A DNA stretch of 64,000 nt from Polyangiales bacterium (GCA_038230375.1 JBBRNJ010000053.1:1-64000), one strand, 5' to 3'; shown: positions 49,415 through 60,056, counted from the stretch's first letter. Translations and numbers: made by a program. The notes: generated from the sequence alone by a model not told the origin.

Positions 49415-49867
49415 ATGGGGCATCGCGTCGTCATCTTCATCGCGTTCCTCGCGGTCACGCTCTGCGCCTGCAACGCACAGCTCGCTCCTCTGCGACACCA
49501 TCCCGCGGCATCGCAATCCGGCGGCAACCCGATGGCGGGCGCTGCCGTCGGTGGAGGTGCGGGGAGCACGGGCTCGAACGCCGCGTGCTCCGACATTGCT
49601 GGAACGTGGCTCATGGCCAGGAACGACTGCGCCGGCAACGAGCTCGTGATCGCGCAGGACGGCTGCAACGTCGCGGTGCAGTGGGGGAGCCCGCTTGCAG
49701 GCACCATCAGCGGAAGCGAGCTGACTGTGGACGCAGTGAACGACTCATCCTTCGTCTGCACGGCCGCGGTGGACGGCAAGTCGCTATCGGGGAGCTGCGT
49801 CACGGACACTGACGTGGACGGCTACCCGTCAGTCTGCACGTTCGAAGCGATCTTCTCCGGCAAATGA
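49415..49867 (+). CDS. Small Cys-containing lipoprotein
   Basis: LCAC lipobox, Gly-rich linker, small beta domain. Confidence 0.65.
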   Translation: MGHRVVIFIAFLAVTLCACNAQLAPLRHHPAASQSGGNPMAGAAVGGGAGSTGSNAACSDIAGTWLMARNDCAGNELVIAQDGCNVAVQWGSPLAGTISGSELTVDAVNDSSFVCTAAVDGKSLSGSCVTDTDVDGYPSVCTFEAIFSGK

Positions 49868-49896
49868 GCCAGCACGCTCCGTTGGCGCTGGCGCGA

Positions 49897-51219
49897 TCAG
49901 GGTCTGCGCGTGACGACGATGTGGCCGTGGTGCTTGTTGTCGGGGTAGCCGTAGCGGAAGCTGATCGGCTCGTGGCCCTTGAACGCGTTCTTGAAGTCCG
50001 TGGCGTCGCGGTTGTTCACGGGACCGAACGGCTCGGGCCATTCGTACTGCCCGTAGAAGTCCTGCACGAAGCCGTACTGCTTGGCGATGCGCGGCGGGAA
50101 GCCCGTCGTGTCGGAGATCATGCAGTCCGTGTGCGTGGCGAGCCAGTTGCGGATCACCCCAAAATTCCCGTCGTTCCAGAGCAGGTGGCTCGCGGCCTTG
50201 GTCATCTCGCTGACCTTGCCTCCTGAAGACTGGGCCTCGCGATCAAGGTACTTGAGGAGGTAGGGCCGCTTGCCCAGGTTGCCGTCGGAGAGATCGAACG
50301 CGATGTGACGGAGGACCTTCGTGGGGCCGCCGCCCTTCTTCTGGAAGCGCGTCTCCACGTTGTCGAACGCGAGCTTCTTGGTCCGCGGATCGTTGAGCTC
50401 CGCGGCCGTGAGGTAGTGCACGCTGCCGTCGGGCTGGATCCAGAAGTAGCGGAGCGCGGTGGGCTCGTAGCCGTGCACGACGAGCGCGGCCATGGTGAAC
50501 GCGACCTCGCCCGCGATGCCGTTGCGTGAGTCGAGCTCCAGGTTGACCGTGCGGCTGTGCGCCTTGAGGAACAGCTTCGCGAGGTGGTCGCGCAGGTTGC
50601 GCAGCTCGCGTTCGAGCTTGGTCTTGTCTGCCTTCAAGATCGTGCGCGCATCACCGATCGACTCGAGCGAGATCGTCGTGAGGACCATCGCGTCCGGATA
50701 GGTGGCGAGCGCGCTCACGAGATCGCCGCCGCCGAACGGGTACACCACAGTCGTGGGCAGGCCCTTTGGCCTTATCTTGTCGAGGAACGGCCCTGCAACC
50801 GCGAGCCAGTCCTTCTTGTACTCCTCGTAGTTGGGGCGAAGCTCAGCGCAGTGCTGGTCCACCATCTCCTGCGGGAGGTTCTTCGGAATGAACGCGTTGT
50901 CCGCATCCGCGCACGCCGCCACGCGATAGACCGCGCGCACCTCCGCAAGCAGGTTCTCTCCCTCGAGCGGCGGCTCGGCCACCGCGACGGGCGCGGCATC
51001 CGTGGATGCATCCGCGACGGCGGCGACCTCCACGCTGGCGTCCGCCACGGCGGGCATCTCCACCACGGGCGCCCCGGCGTCCACGACGGTGCGCGGTGGC
51101 TCTGGCGGAGGCGGCTTTGCGGGGCTACATGCGGCGAAGGCGGCAACGGACGCCGCAACGACCGAACCGCAAAAAAACAGCGCAAACGAGGACAACCGGG
51201 GGGGCAGGCGGCGACTCAC
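49897..51219 (-). CDS. Hypothetical lipoprotein
   Basis: FAAC lipobox, DA-rich linker, globular domain (YPFGGGDL, KAASHLL, FRYGYPD); GTG start estimated. Confidence 0.75.
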   Translation of the reverse strand: MSRRLPPRLSSFALFFCGSVVAASVAAFAACSPAKPPPPEPPRTVVDAGAPVVEMPAVADASVEVAAVADASTDAAPVAVAEPPLEGENLLAEVRAVYRVAACADADNAFIPKNLPQEMVDQHCAELRPNYEEYKKDWLAVAGPFLDKIRPKGLPTTVVYPFGGGDLVSALATYPDAMVLTTISLESIGDARTILKADKTKLERELRNLRDHLAKLFLKAHSRTVNLELDSRNGIAGEVAFTMAALVVHGYEPTALRYFWIQPDGSVHYLTAAELNDPRTKKLAFDNVETRFQKKGGGPTKVLRHIAFDLSDGNLGKRPYLLKYLDREAQSSGGKVSEMTKAASHLLWNDGNFGVIRNWLATHTDCMISDTTGFPPRIAKQYGFVQDFYGQYEWPEPFGPVNNRDATDFKNAFKGHEPISFRYGYPDNKHHGHIVVTRRP

Positions 51220-51301
51220 GGGCGCATCATGCCCGACCCGGCGGCCCGAATAAACCTCGTCTGTCGCCTGCACCCCAAAGATTATGTAGGCTGCGTGACC
51301 G

Positions 51302-51886
51302 ATGCGAAGGGCAAAACTCCTCCTGTCACTCCTCCCGCTGGTTTCCCTGTTCGTGCTCCTCCCGGCGCGCGATGCCTTCGCGGGCTGTCCCGGCGAGAGC
51401 CCAGGGGACCCAGCATGCGAGCCAATCCTCAGCGTCATGATGCCGAGCGTGTCTGGCGCGGGCTACATCCCGAACGGCAGCCTGGGCGCGTACTGGGGCG
51501 CCGGCATCGAGGCCGACCTGTTCTCGTGGTCGCACAACAACCCGGCGTTCGGTCCCTCGCAGGGCAAGATCCGGTTCAACATGGACTACCTGAAGGGCTC
51601 GCGCGAGGGGAAGAACGCGCTCTTCTACGACGTTGGCATGATCGTCAGCTTCGAGGGCAACGCGAGCCGTCGCTTTCTGATCCCGTATGCGGGCTTTGGC
51701 TTCGGCGGCCTCACGGAGACGGACTACGGCACGCGGCTCGCGGTGGACGGTTCGCTTGGTGCGTTCCTGGTCTACACGCGGCCGTTCGTGCTCACGGCCG
51801 AGGCCTCGTACTTTGTTCCGTTCACCCAGTTCGAGACGCTGCGGGGCGTGATGCCACGCCTGGCAGCGAGCTTCGCGCTGTGGTGA
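51302..51886 (+). CDS. Exported protein, probable small outer-membrane beta-barrel
   Basis: Signal peptide ending AFA, amphipathic strands, terminal W. Confidence 0.7.
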   Translation: MRRAKLLLSLLPLVSLFVLLPARDAFAGCPGESPGDPACEPILSVMMPSVSGAGYIPNGSLGAYWGAGIEADLFSWSHNNPAFGPSQGKIRFNMDYLKGSREGKNALFYDVGMIVSFEGNASRRFLIPYAGFGFGGLTETDYGTRLAVDGSLGAFLVYTRPFVLTAEASYFVPFTQFETLRGVMPRLAASFALW

Positions 51887-51914
51887 ACATGATGCGTTTC
51901 ATCGGGAGGCTTTC

Positions 51915-52433
51915 ATGATCGAGCTCACCGTCAATGGTCAAACGCGCACGGTGGACGTGCCAGCGGACACCCCGCTGCTCTGGGTGCTGCGCGAAGAGCT
52001 GGGCCTCAACGGCACCAAGTTCGGCTGCGGCATCGCTCAGTGCGGTGCATGCACAGTGCATGTAAATGGCGAGCCCGTGCGCTCGTGCGTCACGCCCGTG
52101 GGCGAGGTCGACAAGAAGCCGATCCTCACCATCGAAGGCCTGGCGACGGGCGGCAACCTGCACCCGCTGCAGCAGGCCTGGATCGACGAGGGCGTGCCGC
52201 AGTGCGGGTACTGCCAGTCCGGGCAGATCATGAGCGCGCTGGGGCTCCTGAAGCGGGTCCCCAAACCCACGGACGAGGACATCGACGCGGTGCTCTCCGC
52301 CAACATCTGCCGCTGCGGCACCTACTGCCGCATCCGCAAGGCCGTGCATCGCGCAGCCGACAACATGACCCCCGAAGCATCGCCGCCGAAGAAGCCGGCG
52401 GAAGGCGCGCCGGCCATGAAGGTGGGCAAGTGA
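51915..52433 (+). CDS. (2Fe-2S) small subunit of aldehyde/isoquinoline oxidoreductase (IorA-like)
   Basis: [32 protein letters not shown]. Confidence 0.93.
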   Translation: MIELTVNGQTRTVDVPADTPLLWVLREELGLNGTKFGCGIAQCGACTVHVNGEPVRSCVTPVGEVDKKPILTIEGLATGGNLHPLQQAWIDEGVPQCGYCQSGQIMSALGLLKRVPKPTDEDIDAVLSANICRCGTYCRIRKAVHRAADNMTPEASPPKKPAEGAPAMKVGK

Positions 52434-54679
52434 CCACGCACAGCCTCAATCGCCGCGACTTCTTGCGCACCGCGCTCACGGCCAGCGGCGCGCTGGTCTT
52501 CGAGATCGCGCTGCCCGGCTGCGGCGCTGGCTTCAAGTCGTTCGGCATGGTGAAGCGCGCTGACGGCGGCGCGGACTTCGTTCCCAACGCGTTCATCAAG
52601 ATCGGCACGGACGACAAGGTGAGCTTCGTCCTGGACCGCGTCGAGATGGGCCAGGGCACCATGACGTCCAGCGCGCAGCTGGTCGCAGAGGAGCTGGAGA
52701 TCGCGCCCGCGGACCTTGGCGTGGAGCTCGCCGGCGCCAGCGCGGCGTACAACAACACCGCGCTGCAGATGCAGCTCACCGGCGGCAGCACCAGCGTGGT
52801 GTCTTCGTTCACGTCGCTCCGCACGGCGGCCGCGATCGCGCGCGAGATGCTCCGCACCGCTGCTTCGCGCACGTGGGGCGTGGCGCTGTCCGAATGCAAG
52901 GCCGAGAACGGCGCGATCATCCACGTGCCCACGGGCAAGAGCCTCCGCTACGGGGCGCTCGCGAAGACCGCCGCCAGCATCGAGGTCGACACACCCAAGC
53001 TCAAGGAGCGGAAGGACTGGAAGTACATCGGCAAGCCGGTGACGCGCAGGGACGCGCGCATGAAGGTGGATGGCAGCGCCATCTACGGCATGGACGTCGT
53101 CCTCCCGAACATGCGTACCGCCGTCATCATCCGCGCGCCCGGTGTCGGCGCGAAGCTCCAGGGGTTCAAGGCGCAAGAGGCCTTGAAGGACCCGGGCGTC
53201 GAGGCCGTGTTCGAGATCCCGAACGCCGTCGCGGTGGTGGCGAAGAGCTACTGGCGCGCGCGCAAGGCCGCGGAGAAGGTCGTTGTCACGTGGAGCGCTT
53301 CGGATCCAGGCGTTGACAGCGTGCTTCTTGCTGCTGCCTATCGCGAGCGCGTGAGCCGCGATGCGTCGGTCATCCATGCTATCGGCAACGACGACGACGC
53401 GGTGAAGAACGCCCAAAAGACGATCGAGGCCGTCTACGAGCTCCCGTACCTGGCGCACACCACCATGGAGCCGCAGAACGCGACGGCATGGGTGCACGAC
53501 GGCAAGTGTGACGTGTGGGCGCCAACGCAGTCGCCGTCGCTCGCCGCGGAGGCTGTCCGAAAAGTGACCGGCATCTCCATGGACGACATCTCCGTGAAGC
53601 AGACGCTGCTCGGCGGTGGCTTCGGCAGACGCATCCAGCAGGACTACGTGGAGGAGGCCGCGCAGGTCGCGATGCGCGTGAAGTACCCAGTGAAGGTCGT
53701 CTGGTCGCGCGAGGACGACATGAAGAACGACGGCTATCGGCCCATGGCGACCAGCGCCATGCGCGGCACCGTGGACAAGAAGGGCGCCATCTCCTCCTGG
53801 AGCCATCGCATCGCCACGCAATCCATCGTCGCGCAATCAGGCCCCTTCCTCGCTGCGTTCGCGCCCCACGCCACGCCCATCGTTGCGAAGATGCAGATGG
53901 GCGCGCTTGGCGGCGGTCTGGCCGGACTCGCCGCGCGTGGCGGCATCACGGATCCCACGTCGATCGAAGGCGCGGCCGAGATCCCGTACGACATCCCCGC
54001 GTTCAAGATCGAGCTCGCGCCGATCGAGCCGCTCGTCACCGTGGGCTCGTGGCGCAGCGTTGGCGTGTCGCACACCATCTTCGTGGTGGAGAGCTTCATC
54101 GACGAGCTCGCGCACGCCGCCGGCCTTGATCCGTTCGAGGCACGTCGCAAGCTGATGAAGAAGGGTTCGCCGGAGCTGCGCGTCCTGGAGCTCGCCGCGG
54201 ACAAGGCTGGCTGGAGCACGCCCGCGCGCGCGGGGCTCTTCCGCGGCATCGCGGTCGCAAAGGCGTTCAACAGCTACTGCGCGCAGGTCGCCGAGATCTC
54301 GGTCGATCCCGTGCGCGGCCTCAAGGTGGAGCGCGTGGTCGCGGCGATCGACTGCGGCACCGTCGTGAACCCCGACATCGTGAAGATGCAGATCGAGAGC
54401 TCGATCGGCTACGGCCTTTCCGCGGCCATGCGACAGGAGATCACGTTCAAGAAGGGTGTGGTGGAGCAGTCGAACTTCCACGACTTCCCGCCGCTCCGCA
54501 TGCACGAGATGCCGGTTGTGGAGGTCCACATCGTCGACAGCAAGGAGCCGCCGACTGGTGTCGGTGAGCCAGGGCTTCCGCCCATCGCGCCCGCCGTCGC
54601 GAACGCGATCTTTGCCGCGACCGGCAAGCGCATCCGCCGGCTGCCGTTCTCCGTGTCCGCCAAGGAGCTCTTGCGGTGA
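52430..54679 (+). CDS. Molybdopterin-binding large subunit (IorB-like), Tat-exported
   Basis: NRRDFL Tat motif, EMGQG, TGGSTS, HTTMEP, GGGFGRR, GVGEPG; GTG overlaps the upstream stop. Confidence 0.93.
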   Translation: MTTHSLNRRDFLRTALTASGALVFEIALPGCGAGFKSFGMVKRADGGADFVPNAFIKIGTDDKVSFVLDRVEMGQGTMTSSAQLVAEELEIAPADLGVELAGASAAYNNTALQMQLTGGSTSVVSSFTSLRTAAAIAREMLRTAASRTWGVALSECKAENGAIIHVPTGKSLRYGALAKTAASIEVDTPKLKERKDWKYIGKPVTRRDARMKVDGSAIYGMDVVLPNMRTAVIIRAPGVGAKLQGFKAQEALKDPGVEAVFEIPNAVAVVAKSYWRARKAAEKVVVTWSASDPGVDSVLLAAAYRERVSRDASVIHAIGNDDDAVKNAQKTIEAVYELPYLAHTTMEPQNATAWVHDGKCDVWAPTQSPSLAAEAVRKVTGISMDDISVKQTLLGGGFGRRIQQDYVEEAAQVAMRVKYPVKVVWSREDDMKNDGYRPMATSAMRGTVDKKGAISSWSHRIATQSIVAQSGPFLAAFAPHATPIVAKMQMGALGGGLAGLAARGGITDPTSIEGAAEIPYDIPAFKIELAPIEPLVTVGSWRSVGVSHTIFVVESFIDELAHAAGLDPFEARRKLMKKGSPELRVLELAADKAGWSTPARAGLFRGIAVAKAFNSYCAQVAEISVDPVRGLKVERVVAAIDCGTVVNPDIVKMQIESSIGYGLSAAMRQEITFKKGVVEQSNFHDFPPLRMHEMPVVEVHIVDSKEPPTGVGEPGLPPIAPAVANAIFAATGKRIRRLPFSVSAKELLR

Positions 54680-55797
54680 CAGAGGTGCTTCGCATGCAGC
54701 ACGTGCTCGGGCGCGCGCGCGCCAAGGGCACGCCTGCGGTGCTCGCGACGCTCGTGTGGCGCAAGGGCTCCACGTACCGTCGTGCGGGCGCGCGCGCGAT
54801 GATCGTAGGCGACGACGTCACCGGCCTTCTCTCTGGCGGCTGCCTCGAGGCGGACATCGCAGAGCACGCAAAGACAATGCAGGCGCGCGGCGACCCGGCG
54901 GCGTACGTGTCCTACGACCTTGCGTCGGAAGAGGCGGACTCACTCCTTGGTATCGGTCACGGCTGCCAGGGGGCGCTGGGAATCGTGCTCGAGGCGCTCG
55001 CGCCAGCAGGGTCTGCAGAAGACGCCATGGCGCTGCTGTCCTCTCATGCGGAGAGCAACGAGCCCGGCGCCGTGGCGCACCTGCCGCACCCGGGCACCGC
55101 GGGCGAATCCGTGCAGTCTACACCTATGGTACCGATGACCGTCCGCCGTCTCTGGCGTGTGGGCGGGCGCGAGCACGTGCAAGGCACGCTGACGGCAGCC
55201 GAGCGCACCACGCTCGCTGCGAGCATCGACCAGTGCATCCGCGATCGCAAGACCACCGAGAAGGACGGCGTTGTCACCGAGTACCTGCCGCGGCCCGTGT
55301 CGCTGCTCGTCGTAGGCGCTGGCGCAGACGCACTGCCCGTCGTGGATTTCGCCACGGGCCTGGGCTTTCGCGTGACGGTGATGGACCATCGCGCCGCGGC
55401 CCTCGCCCACCCGCGGCTTGCCTCCGCGGTGCGCGAGCAGGTGAAGATCGCAGACCTGCCGGCGGCCGCGGCGAAGGCCCGCGCGCGCGCAGTGCTCGTG
55501 ATGACCCACAACCTGCGCGCAGATCAGGCCGCGCTGGAAGGCGTGCTCGGCAAGGCCGCAGAGGCCCGCGAGTACGTCGGCGTGCTCGGCCCGCGCGCCC
55601 GCACCGAGAAGATGCTCGCGACCATGGGCCTCACCCTTGGTGCGCGCCCCGAAGTGCGTGCCCCCGCGGGCCTGGATCTCGGGGGTGACGGCGCGGACGC
55701 CATCGCGCTCGCGATCGTCTCCGAGATCCACGCGCGCCTTCACGGACGTGACGGCCGCTCGCTCACCACGAAGGAAGGTCCGATCCATGAGCCGTGA
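54676..55797 (+). CDS. xdhC: XdhC/CoxI family Moco chaperone
   Basis: GSTYRRAGA, LSGGCLE, GCQG, VMTHN, YVGVLGP, PAGLDLG. Confidence 0.88.
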   Translation: MTEVLRMQHVLGRARAKGTPAVLATLVWRKGSTYRRAGARAMIVGDDVTGLLSGGCLEADIAEHAKTMQARGDPAAYVSYDLASEEADSLLGIGHGCQGALGIVLEALAPAGSAEDAMALLSSHAESNEPGAVAHLPHPGTAGESVQSTPMVPMTVRRLWRVGGREHVQGTLTAAERTTLAASIDQCIRDRKTTEKDGVVTEYLPRPVSLLVVGAGADALPVVDFATGLGFRVTVMDHRAAALAHPRLASAVREQVKIADLPAAAAKARARAVLVMTHNLRADQAALEGVLGKAAEAREYVGVLGPRARTEKMLATMGLTLGARPEVRAPAGLDLGGDGADAIALAIVSEIHARLHGRDGRSLTTKEGPIHEP

Positions 55798-56347
55798 CAT
55801 GAAGATCAAGGGCGCTGCCGTGGCGCTCCTTCTGGGCGTCGGGCTGACCGTCGCCACCGAGGCCCGCACCGAGCCGAAGACCGGCGAAGAGGCGTTCCTT
55901 GCGATCAACAGCGTCCTCCAGTCGCCGCGCTGCATGAACTGTCACCCCATGGGCAATGCGCCGCTGAACGGCGACGACAGCATCGCGCACCGGATGAACA
56001 TCAGCCGCGGGAGCCTGAAGGGCCTGCAGTGCAACACCTGCCACCGCAACGAGAACGGCAAGGCGCTGCACTCGCCGCCGGGCGTTCCGGGTTGGCGGCT
56101 TCCGGATCCGGAGATGCCGCTGGTCTTCCAGGGGCACACGCCTCACTCGCTCTGCGAGCAGCTGAAGGATCCGAAACGCAACGGCAACCGCACGCTCCCC
56201 GCGCTGCGCGAGCACATGGGCCACGACGCGCTCGTAGGATGGGCATGGAGCCCTGGTCCCGGCAGGACCACCCCACCGCTCTCTCAGGCGGAGCTCGTGT
56301 CCGCGGTCGACCTCTGGATCGCGAAGGGCGCGCCGTGCCCGAACTGA
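55787..56347 (+). CDS. Exported di-heme c-type cytochrome associated with IorAB
   Basis: Signal peptide, CMNCH and CNTCH motifs, WIAKGAPCP end. Confidence 0.85.
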   Translation: MSRDMKIKGAAVALLLGVGLTVATEARTEPKTGEEAFLAINSVLQSPRCMNCHPMGNAPLNGDDSIAHRMNISRGSLKGLQCNTCHRNENGKALHSPPGVPGWRLPDPEMPLVFQGHTPHSLCEQLKDPKRNGNRTLPALREHMGHDALVGWAWSPGPGRTTPPLSQAELVSAVDLWIAKGAPCPN

Positions 56348-57606
56348 ATGGCACCGGCGTCGCGGAGCGCGAGAGCACGGCGCACGGCCTGCAATCGTTG
56401 CCTGGCGTTCGCGACGCATTCCCCGCCTTGTCGGAGTGGATCCACGGCGAGCCGTTGGTGTATCTGGACTCCGCAGCCACCGCGCTGAAGCCGCGCTCCG
56501 TCGCCGACGCAGTGGCGCGCGTCTATCTCCACGGCGCAGGCGCGGTGGACCGCAGCGCGCACACGCTGGGCGCACGCGCAACAACGCTCGTGGACCGCGT
56601 GCGCACGGATCTCGCGGAGTTCTTGTGCGCGAGCGTCGACGAGATCATCCTCACGCGCGGCACCACCGACGGCCTGAACCTGGTCGCAATGGGCTGGGCA
56701 CGCTCACGCCTTCACCATGGTGACGAGGTGCTCGTGACCGCGCTCGAGCACCACGCGAACCTGCTTCCATGGCACCGCGCGTGCCAGGAGTCCGGCGCGC
56801 GCCTCGTGACCGTGCCCGCGCGCGGCGGCGACATCTACGCGGACGACGTAGCTCGCCTGCTCACGCCACGCACCAAGCTCGTCGCCCTCACGCACGTGTC
56901 CAACGTCACGGGCGCGGAGCTTCCGGTCGCGAAGATCTCAGCGCTCGCTCACGCGGTCGGTGCTGCGGTCGTGGTGGACGGCGCGCAAGGCGCGGCCGTG
57001 GCGGATGCGGACGTTCATGCGCTTGGCGCTGACTTCTACGCCATGAGCGGCCACAAGCTGTACGGGCCTTCCAGCACGGGGGCGCTCTTCGCCAGCCGCG
57101 CTCGTCAGGCGGAGATGACGCCGGTCGCGCTCGGTGGCGGCATCGCGCTCCGCGTGACGACCGACCAGGTGACCCTCCGCGAAGGCCCGCAGCGGTTCGA
57201 GTCGGGTTCGCCAAACGTCGAGGGCGCAGCCGGTCTTTCCGCGGCGCTCGCGTTCCTCCAGGAGATCGGCAAGCATGCGCGCATCGCTCACGCGCGACGC
57301 CTGGCCACGCATGCAGCAGCGGAGCTCCTTCGCATCCCCGGCGTGCGCGTGGTGGGTGCGCCAGCGCAGCGAACAGGCATCGTCTCCTTCGTGCTGGAAG
57401 GCGTCCACGCACACGACGTGGCGACATGGCTGGACAGCCGCGGTGTCGCCGTTCGCGCGGGCCGGGTCTGCGCACACCCTGCGCTCGATGCGCTCGGCGA
57501 ACGAGAGATCGTCCGCGCCTCATTCGGGGTCTACAATGACGTGCATTGCGTCCGCGCCCTGTGTGCCGCGGTCCAGTCGGCGAAGAAAACCTTGGGGGCG
57601 TCATGA
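56335..57606 (+). CDS. SufS-like cysteine desulfurase
   Basis: YLDSAAT, EHHAN, HVSNVTG, DGAQ, SGHK (PLP), RAGRVCAHP catalytic Cys, RASFG; start uncertain. Confidence 0.88.
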   Translation: MPELNGTGVAERESTAHGLQSLPGVRDAFPALSEWIHGEPLVYLDSAATALKPRSVADAVARVYLHGAGAVDRSAHTLGARATTLVDRVRTDLAEFLCASVDEIILTRGTTDGLNLVAMGWARSRLHHGDEVLVTALEHHANLLPWHRACQESGARLVTVPARGGDIYADDVARLLTPRTKLVALTHVSNVTGAELPVAKISALAHAVGAAVVVDGAQGAAVADADVHALGADFYAMSGHKLYGPSSTGALFASRARQAEMTPVALGGGIALRVTTDQVTLREGPQRFESGSPNVEGAAGLSAALAFLQEIGKHARIAHARRLATHAAAELLRIPGVRVVGAPAQRTGIVSFVLEGVHAHDVATWLDSRGVAVRAGRVCAHPALDALGEREIVRASFGVYNDVHCVRALCAAVQSAKKTLGAS

Positions 57607-57631
57607 ACAGGTGCATGAGCGGAGGGAGTTC

Positions 57632-58075
57632 ATGAGCGCAGGTGACTTGTATGGGCCGGAGCTCGTGGACCACGGCAATCAGCCGCGCAACAAGCGGAAG
57701 CTCGCGCGTGCGGACATCTCCGCCATGCGCTCCAACGCGTCGTGCGGCGACGAGGTACGTGTGAGCGCCGCTGTCACTGGCGAGAAGCTCGTGGACGTCG
57801 TGTTCGAGGGAGACGGGTGCCTCGTGAGCCTCGCATCCGCCTCCATGCTCACCACACTGGTGAAGGGAAAGAGCCGCGAGGAAGCGCTGGCGCTCGTGGG
57901 CCAGGCGCGAACGTATTTCGAGCAGCTCGGCGACGCCCCGGCGAGCATGCCCGGCCTGGCTGCGTTCTCGGGTCTCTCGCGATTTCCAGTGCGTCGCGCA
58001 TGCGCGCGCCTGGCGTGGGAAGCGCTTGCGAATGCGCTCGTGGAAGCGTCACCCACCGCTGCCTCCCGGACCTGA
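57632..58075 (+). CDS. SufU/IscU-like sulfur acceptor
   Basis: NASCGD, GDGCLVSLASAS, PVRRACA. Confidence 0.85.
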   Translation: MSAGDLYGPELVDHGNQPRNKRKLARADISAMRSNASCGDEVRVSAAVTGEKLVDVVFEGDGCLVSLASASMLTTLVKGKSREEALALVGQARTYFEQLGDAPASMPGLAAFSGLSRFPVRRACARLAWEALANALVEASPTAASRT

Positions 58076-58080
58076 ACTCC

Positions 58081-58683
58081 TCAGAGCTTCGCGACGTCGT
58101 CCTCGGTGTCCACGTCAGTCTCCGCGCCGGGCGCGTCGATCACGGCAAGGTCACCTGCGACGCGGGCAAGGATCTTCCGTGCGCCCTCGTCGTCGCCAAG
58201 ATCACGAAGCGATCCCAGCAGCGATCTCCCGAACAACGCGGGCACGCCCACGGTGCCGGCGTAGCTACACGCTGCCCCGAGGACTGCGCTACGCGGGGAG
58301 ACGCCGCCAGCCTCGAAGCTCGAGATCAGACTGGTGAGGAGCGCCGCATCCACGAACGGCTGATCGCACAGCATCACGAGCACCGCCGTCGCGCCGAGCT
58401 CCTCTGCGGCCTGGACGCCCGCGCGGATCGACGTGCCGATCCCACGCTCCCACGCCGCATTGCGAACGACGACGGCGCGCGTGCCCGCCAGCTCCGCCAC
58501 CATCTCGTCGGACCGGTCGCCGAGCACGCAGAGCACGTGCGCACAGGAGGTATCGCTCGCTGCGCGCGCCGCGCGACGGAGCAGTGACTCGCCTGCGATT
58601 TGCACGAGCTGCTTCGGACGTCCGAGTCGACGCGAGCCGCCCGCAGCAAGCACGATCGCAGCGATCTTGGCGACGTGAGTCAC
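58081..58683 (-). CDS. Molybdenum cofactor cytidylyltransferase (MocA-like)
   Basis: IVLAAGGSRRLGRPKQL, GIGTSI, LCDQP, GDDEGA, DVDTEDD. Confidence 0.88.
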   Translation of the reverse strand: MTHVAKIAAIVLAAGGSRRLGRPKQLVQIAGESLLRRAARAASDTSCAHVLCVLGDRSDEMVAELAGTRAVVVRNAAWERGIGTSIRAGVQAAEELGATAVLVMLCDQPFVDAALLTSLISSFEAGGVSPRSAVLGAACSYAGTVGVPALFGRSLLGSLRDLGDDEGARKILARVAGDLAVIDAPGAETDVDTEDDVAKL

Positions 58684-58807
58684 GCATCCAGTTTGCGTGT
58701 GCCTGGCAGCAGTTGTCACCCGCTCGCGACACCTCTCGCGCGTGCGCACATGCACCCACGCGTCTGGATCTGGCCGCGATCGTGAGACTGCGGCGGAAGA
58801 CGTGCGA

Positions 58808-58823
58808 CGGCACGAAGGGTGCT
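58808..58823 (+). promoter_or_regulatory. Sigma54 (-24/-12) promoter
   Basis: CGGCACG-AAGG-GTGCT; predicted +1 is adjacent to ATG 58835. Confidence 0.6.
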
Positions 58824-58834
58824 GATGGGGCCGC

Positions 58835-59554
58835 ATGCTCCGCACTGCCAAATCCGCCGCCTTCGTGTCTGCCCTCTTCCTCTTGCTCCATTGCGGGTCG
58901 GAGGCCGCCCCCTCGGAAGACACCACCGTGACCGAGCAGGACATGAGCACTGCGATCCACACCACCTACGGGATCACCACGTTCGGCGGCCCTGGCGACT
59001 ACCAGACGCTCGCGTGCACGAACCAGAACTCCAGGAACGACCAGCCCTGGTTCGTCGCATCCTCGCAGCGCTACGGGTGCGGCGTGCACTTGAAGATCAC
59101 GACTGCCTCGGGCAAGTGCGTGGTCGCGCGTACGGACGACGCGGGGCCCGCGACGTTTGTGGAGAGCCGCGCGGGCGTGGCGGTGCTCGACTCGTCGCCT
59201 TCGGTGACGAAGTACCTGTTCGGCATCAGCGGCGGCCTCGGGTACAGCGATCTGCGCGACCATCCGGGCCGATACAACGTGACTGCGGTGAAGACCACGC
59301 TCCCGCTCGGGCCTTGTGACGGGTCCGCGGGTTCGGGGTCGGGGTCGGGGTCGGGTTCGGGGTCAGGTTCGGGTTCGGGTTCGGGGTCGGGGTCGGGGTC
59401 AGGGTCGGGGGCTAGCTGCAGTGGTGATGGGCAGTGCAACCCTGGCAACGATGGGTCGGGCATGATCTGTAGCGCTGGGCACTGCGTTGCCGGTTGTCAC
59501 TCGAATGCACAATGCCCGGGCAATACGACATGCGTGTCCGGTTCTTGCCAGTAA
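58835..59554 (+). CDS. Lipoprotein with RlpA/barwin-like double-psi barrel, GS linker and Cys-rich tail
   Basis: LLHC lipobox; YGCGVHLKIT..GKCVVARTDDAGP..VLDSS resembles the RlpA DRGP..IDLS motif. Confidence 0.7.
   Translation: MLRTAKSAAFVSALFLLLHCGSEAAPSEDTTVTEQDMSTAIHTTYGITTFGGPGDYQTLACTNQNSRNDQPWFVASSQRYGCGVHLKITTASGKCVVARTDDAGPATFVESRAGVAVLDSSPSVTKYLFGISGGLGYSDLRDHPGRYNVTAVKTTLPLGPCDGSAGSGSGSGSGSGSGSGSGSGSGSGSGSGASCSGDGQCNPGNDGSGMICSAGHCVAGCHSNAQCPGNTTCVSGSCQ
59330..59407 (+). repeat. 6-bp tandem repeat (GGKTCR) x13 encoding (GS)13
   Basis: Read directly. Confidence 0.92.
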
Positions 59555-59665
59555 CGGCTCCTCCCCGTTGACGTCGGCCTGAGTTGGGTGATAGCGACTT
59601 CACTGCGTTATTTCGCACGCGCTTGAAGACGCCTGCACGCTCGACAATCACGAGGAGGAACGACG

Positions 59666-60001
59666 ATGGCCGTGGACGTGAAGAAGCTGTTCAACGAAGA
59701 ACTCCCTGCGGCGCTCACCGCGAACGCCGAAGATGCGAGAACCATCGGCGCCAAATACCAGATGAACATCACCGGCGAGGGTGAGTGGTTCATCGACGTG
59801 TCTGCCACGGGTCCGGTCTGCAAGGCCGGCAACGAGGCGACCGCCGACTGCACGATCACGATCGCAGCCGAAGACTTCCAGAAGCTGATCGAGAACCCGC
59901 AGGCGAACGGCATGCAGCTGTTCTTCGCGGGCAAGCTCAAGGTCGCTGGCAACCAGATGCTCGCGATGAAGCTCCAGAAGCTCTTCTCGTACAAGGCCTG
60001 A
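59666..60001 (+). CDS. SCP2 sterol-binding domain protein
   Basis: ADCTITI, MQLFFAGKLKVAGNQMLAMKL; AGGAGG SD. Confidence 0.9.
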   Translation: MAVDVKKLFNEELPAALTANAEDARTIGAKYQMNITGEGEWFIDVSATGPVCKAGNEATADCTITIAAEDFQKLIENPQANGMQLFFAGKLKVAGNQMLAMKLQKLFSYKA

Positions 60002-60056
60002 GCCAACTCGAGCGCGCGGGTCCGCCAGGTCCATCCCCGGGAACGGATTCGTGCTT

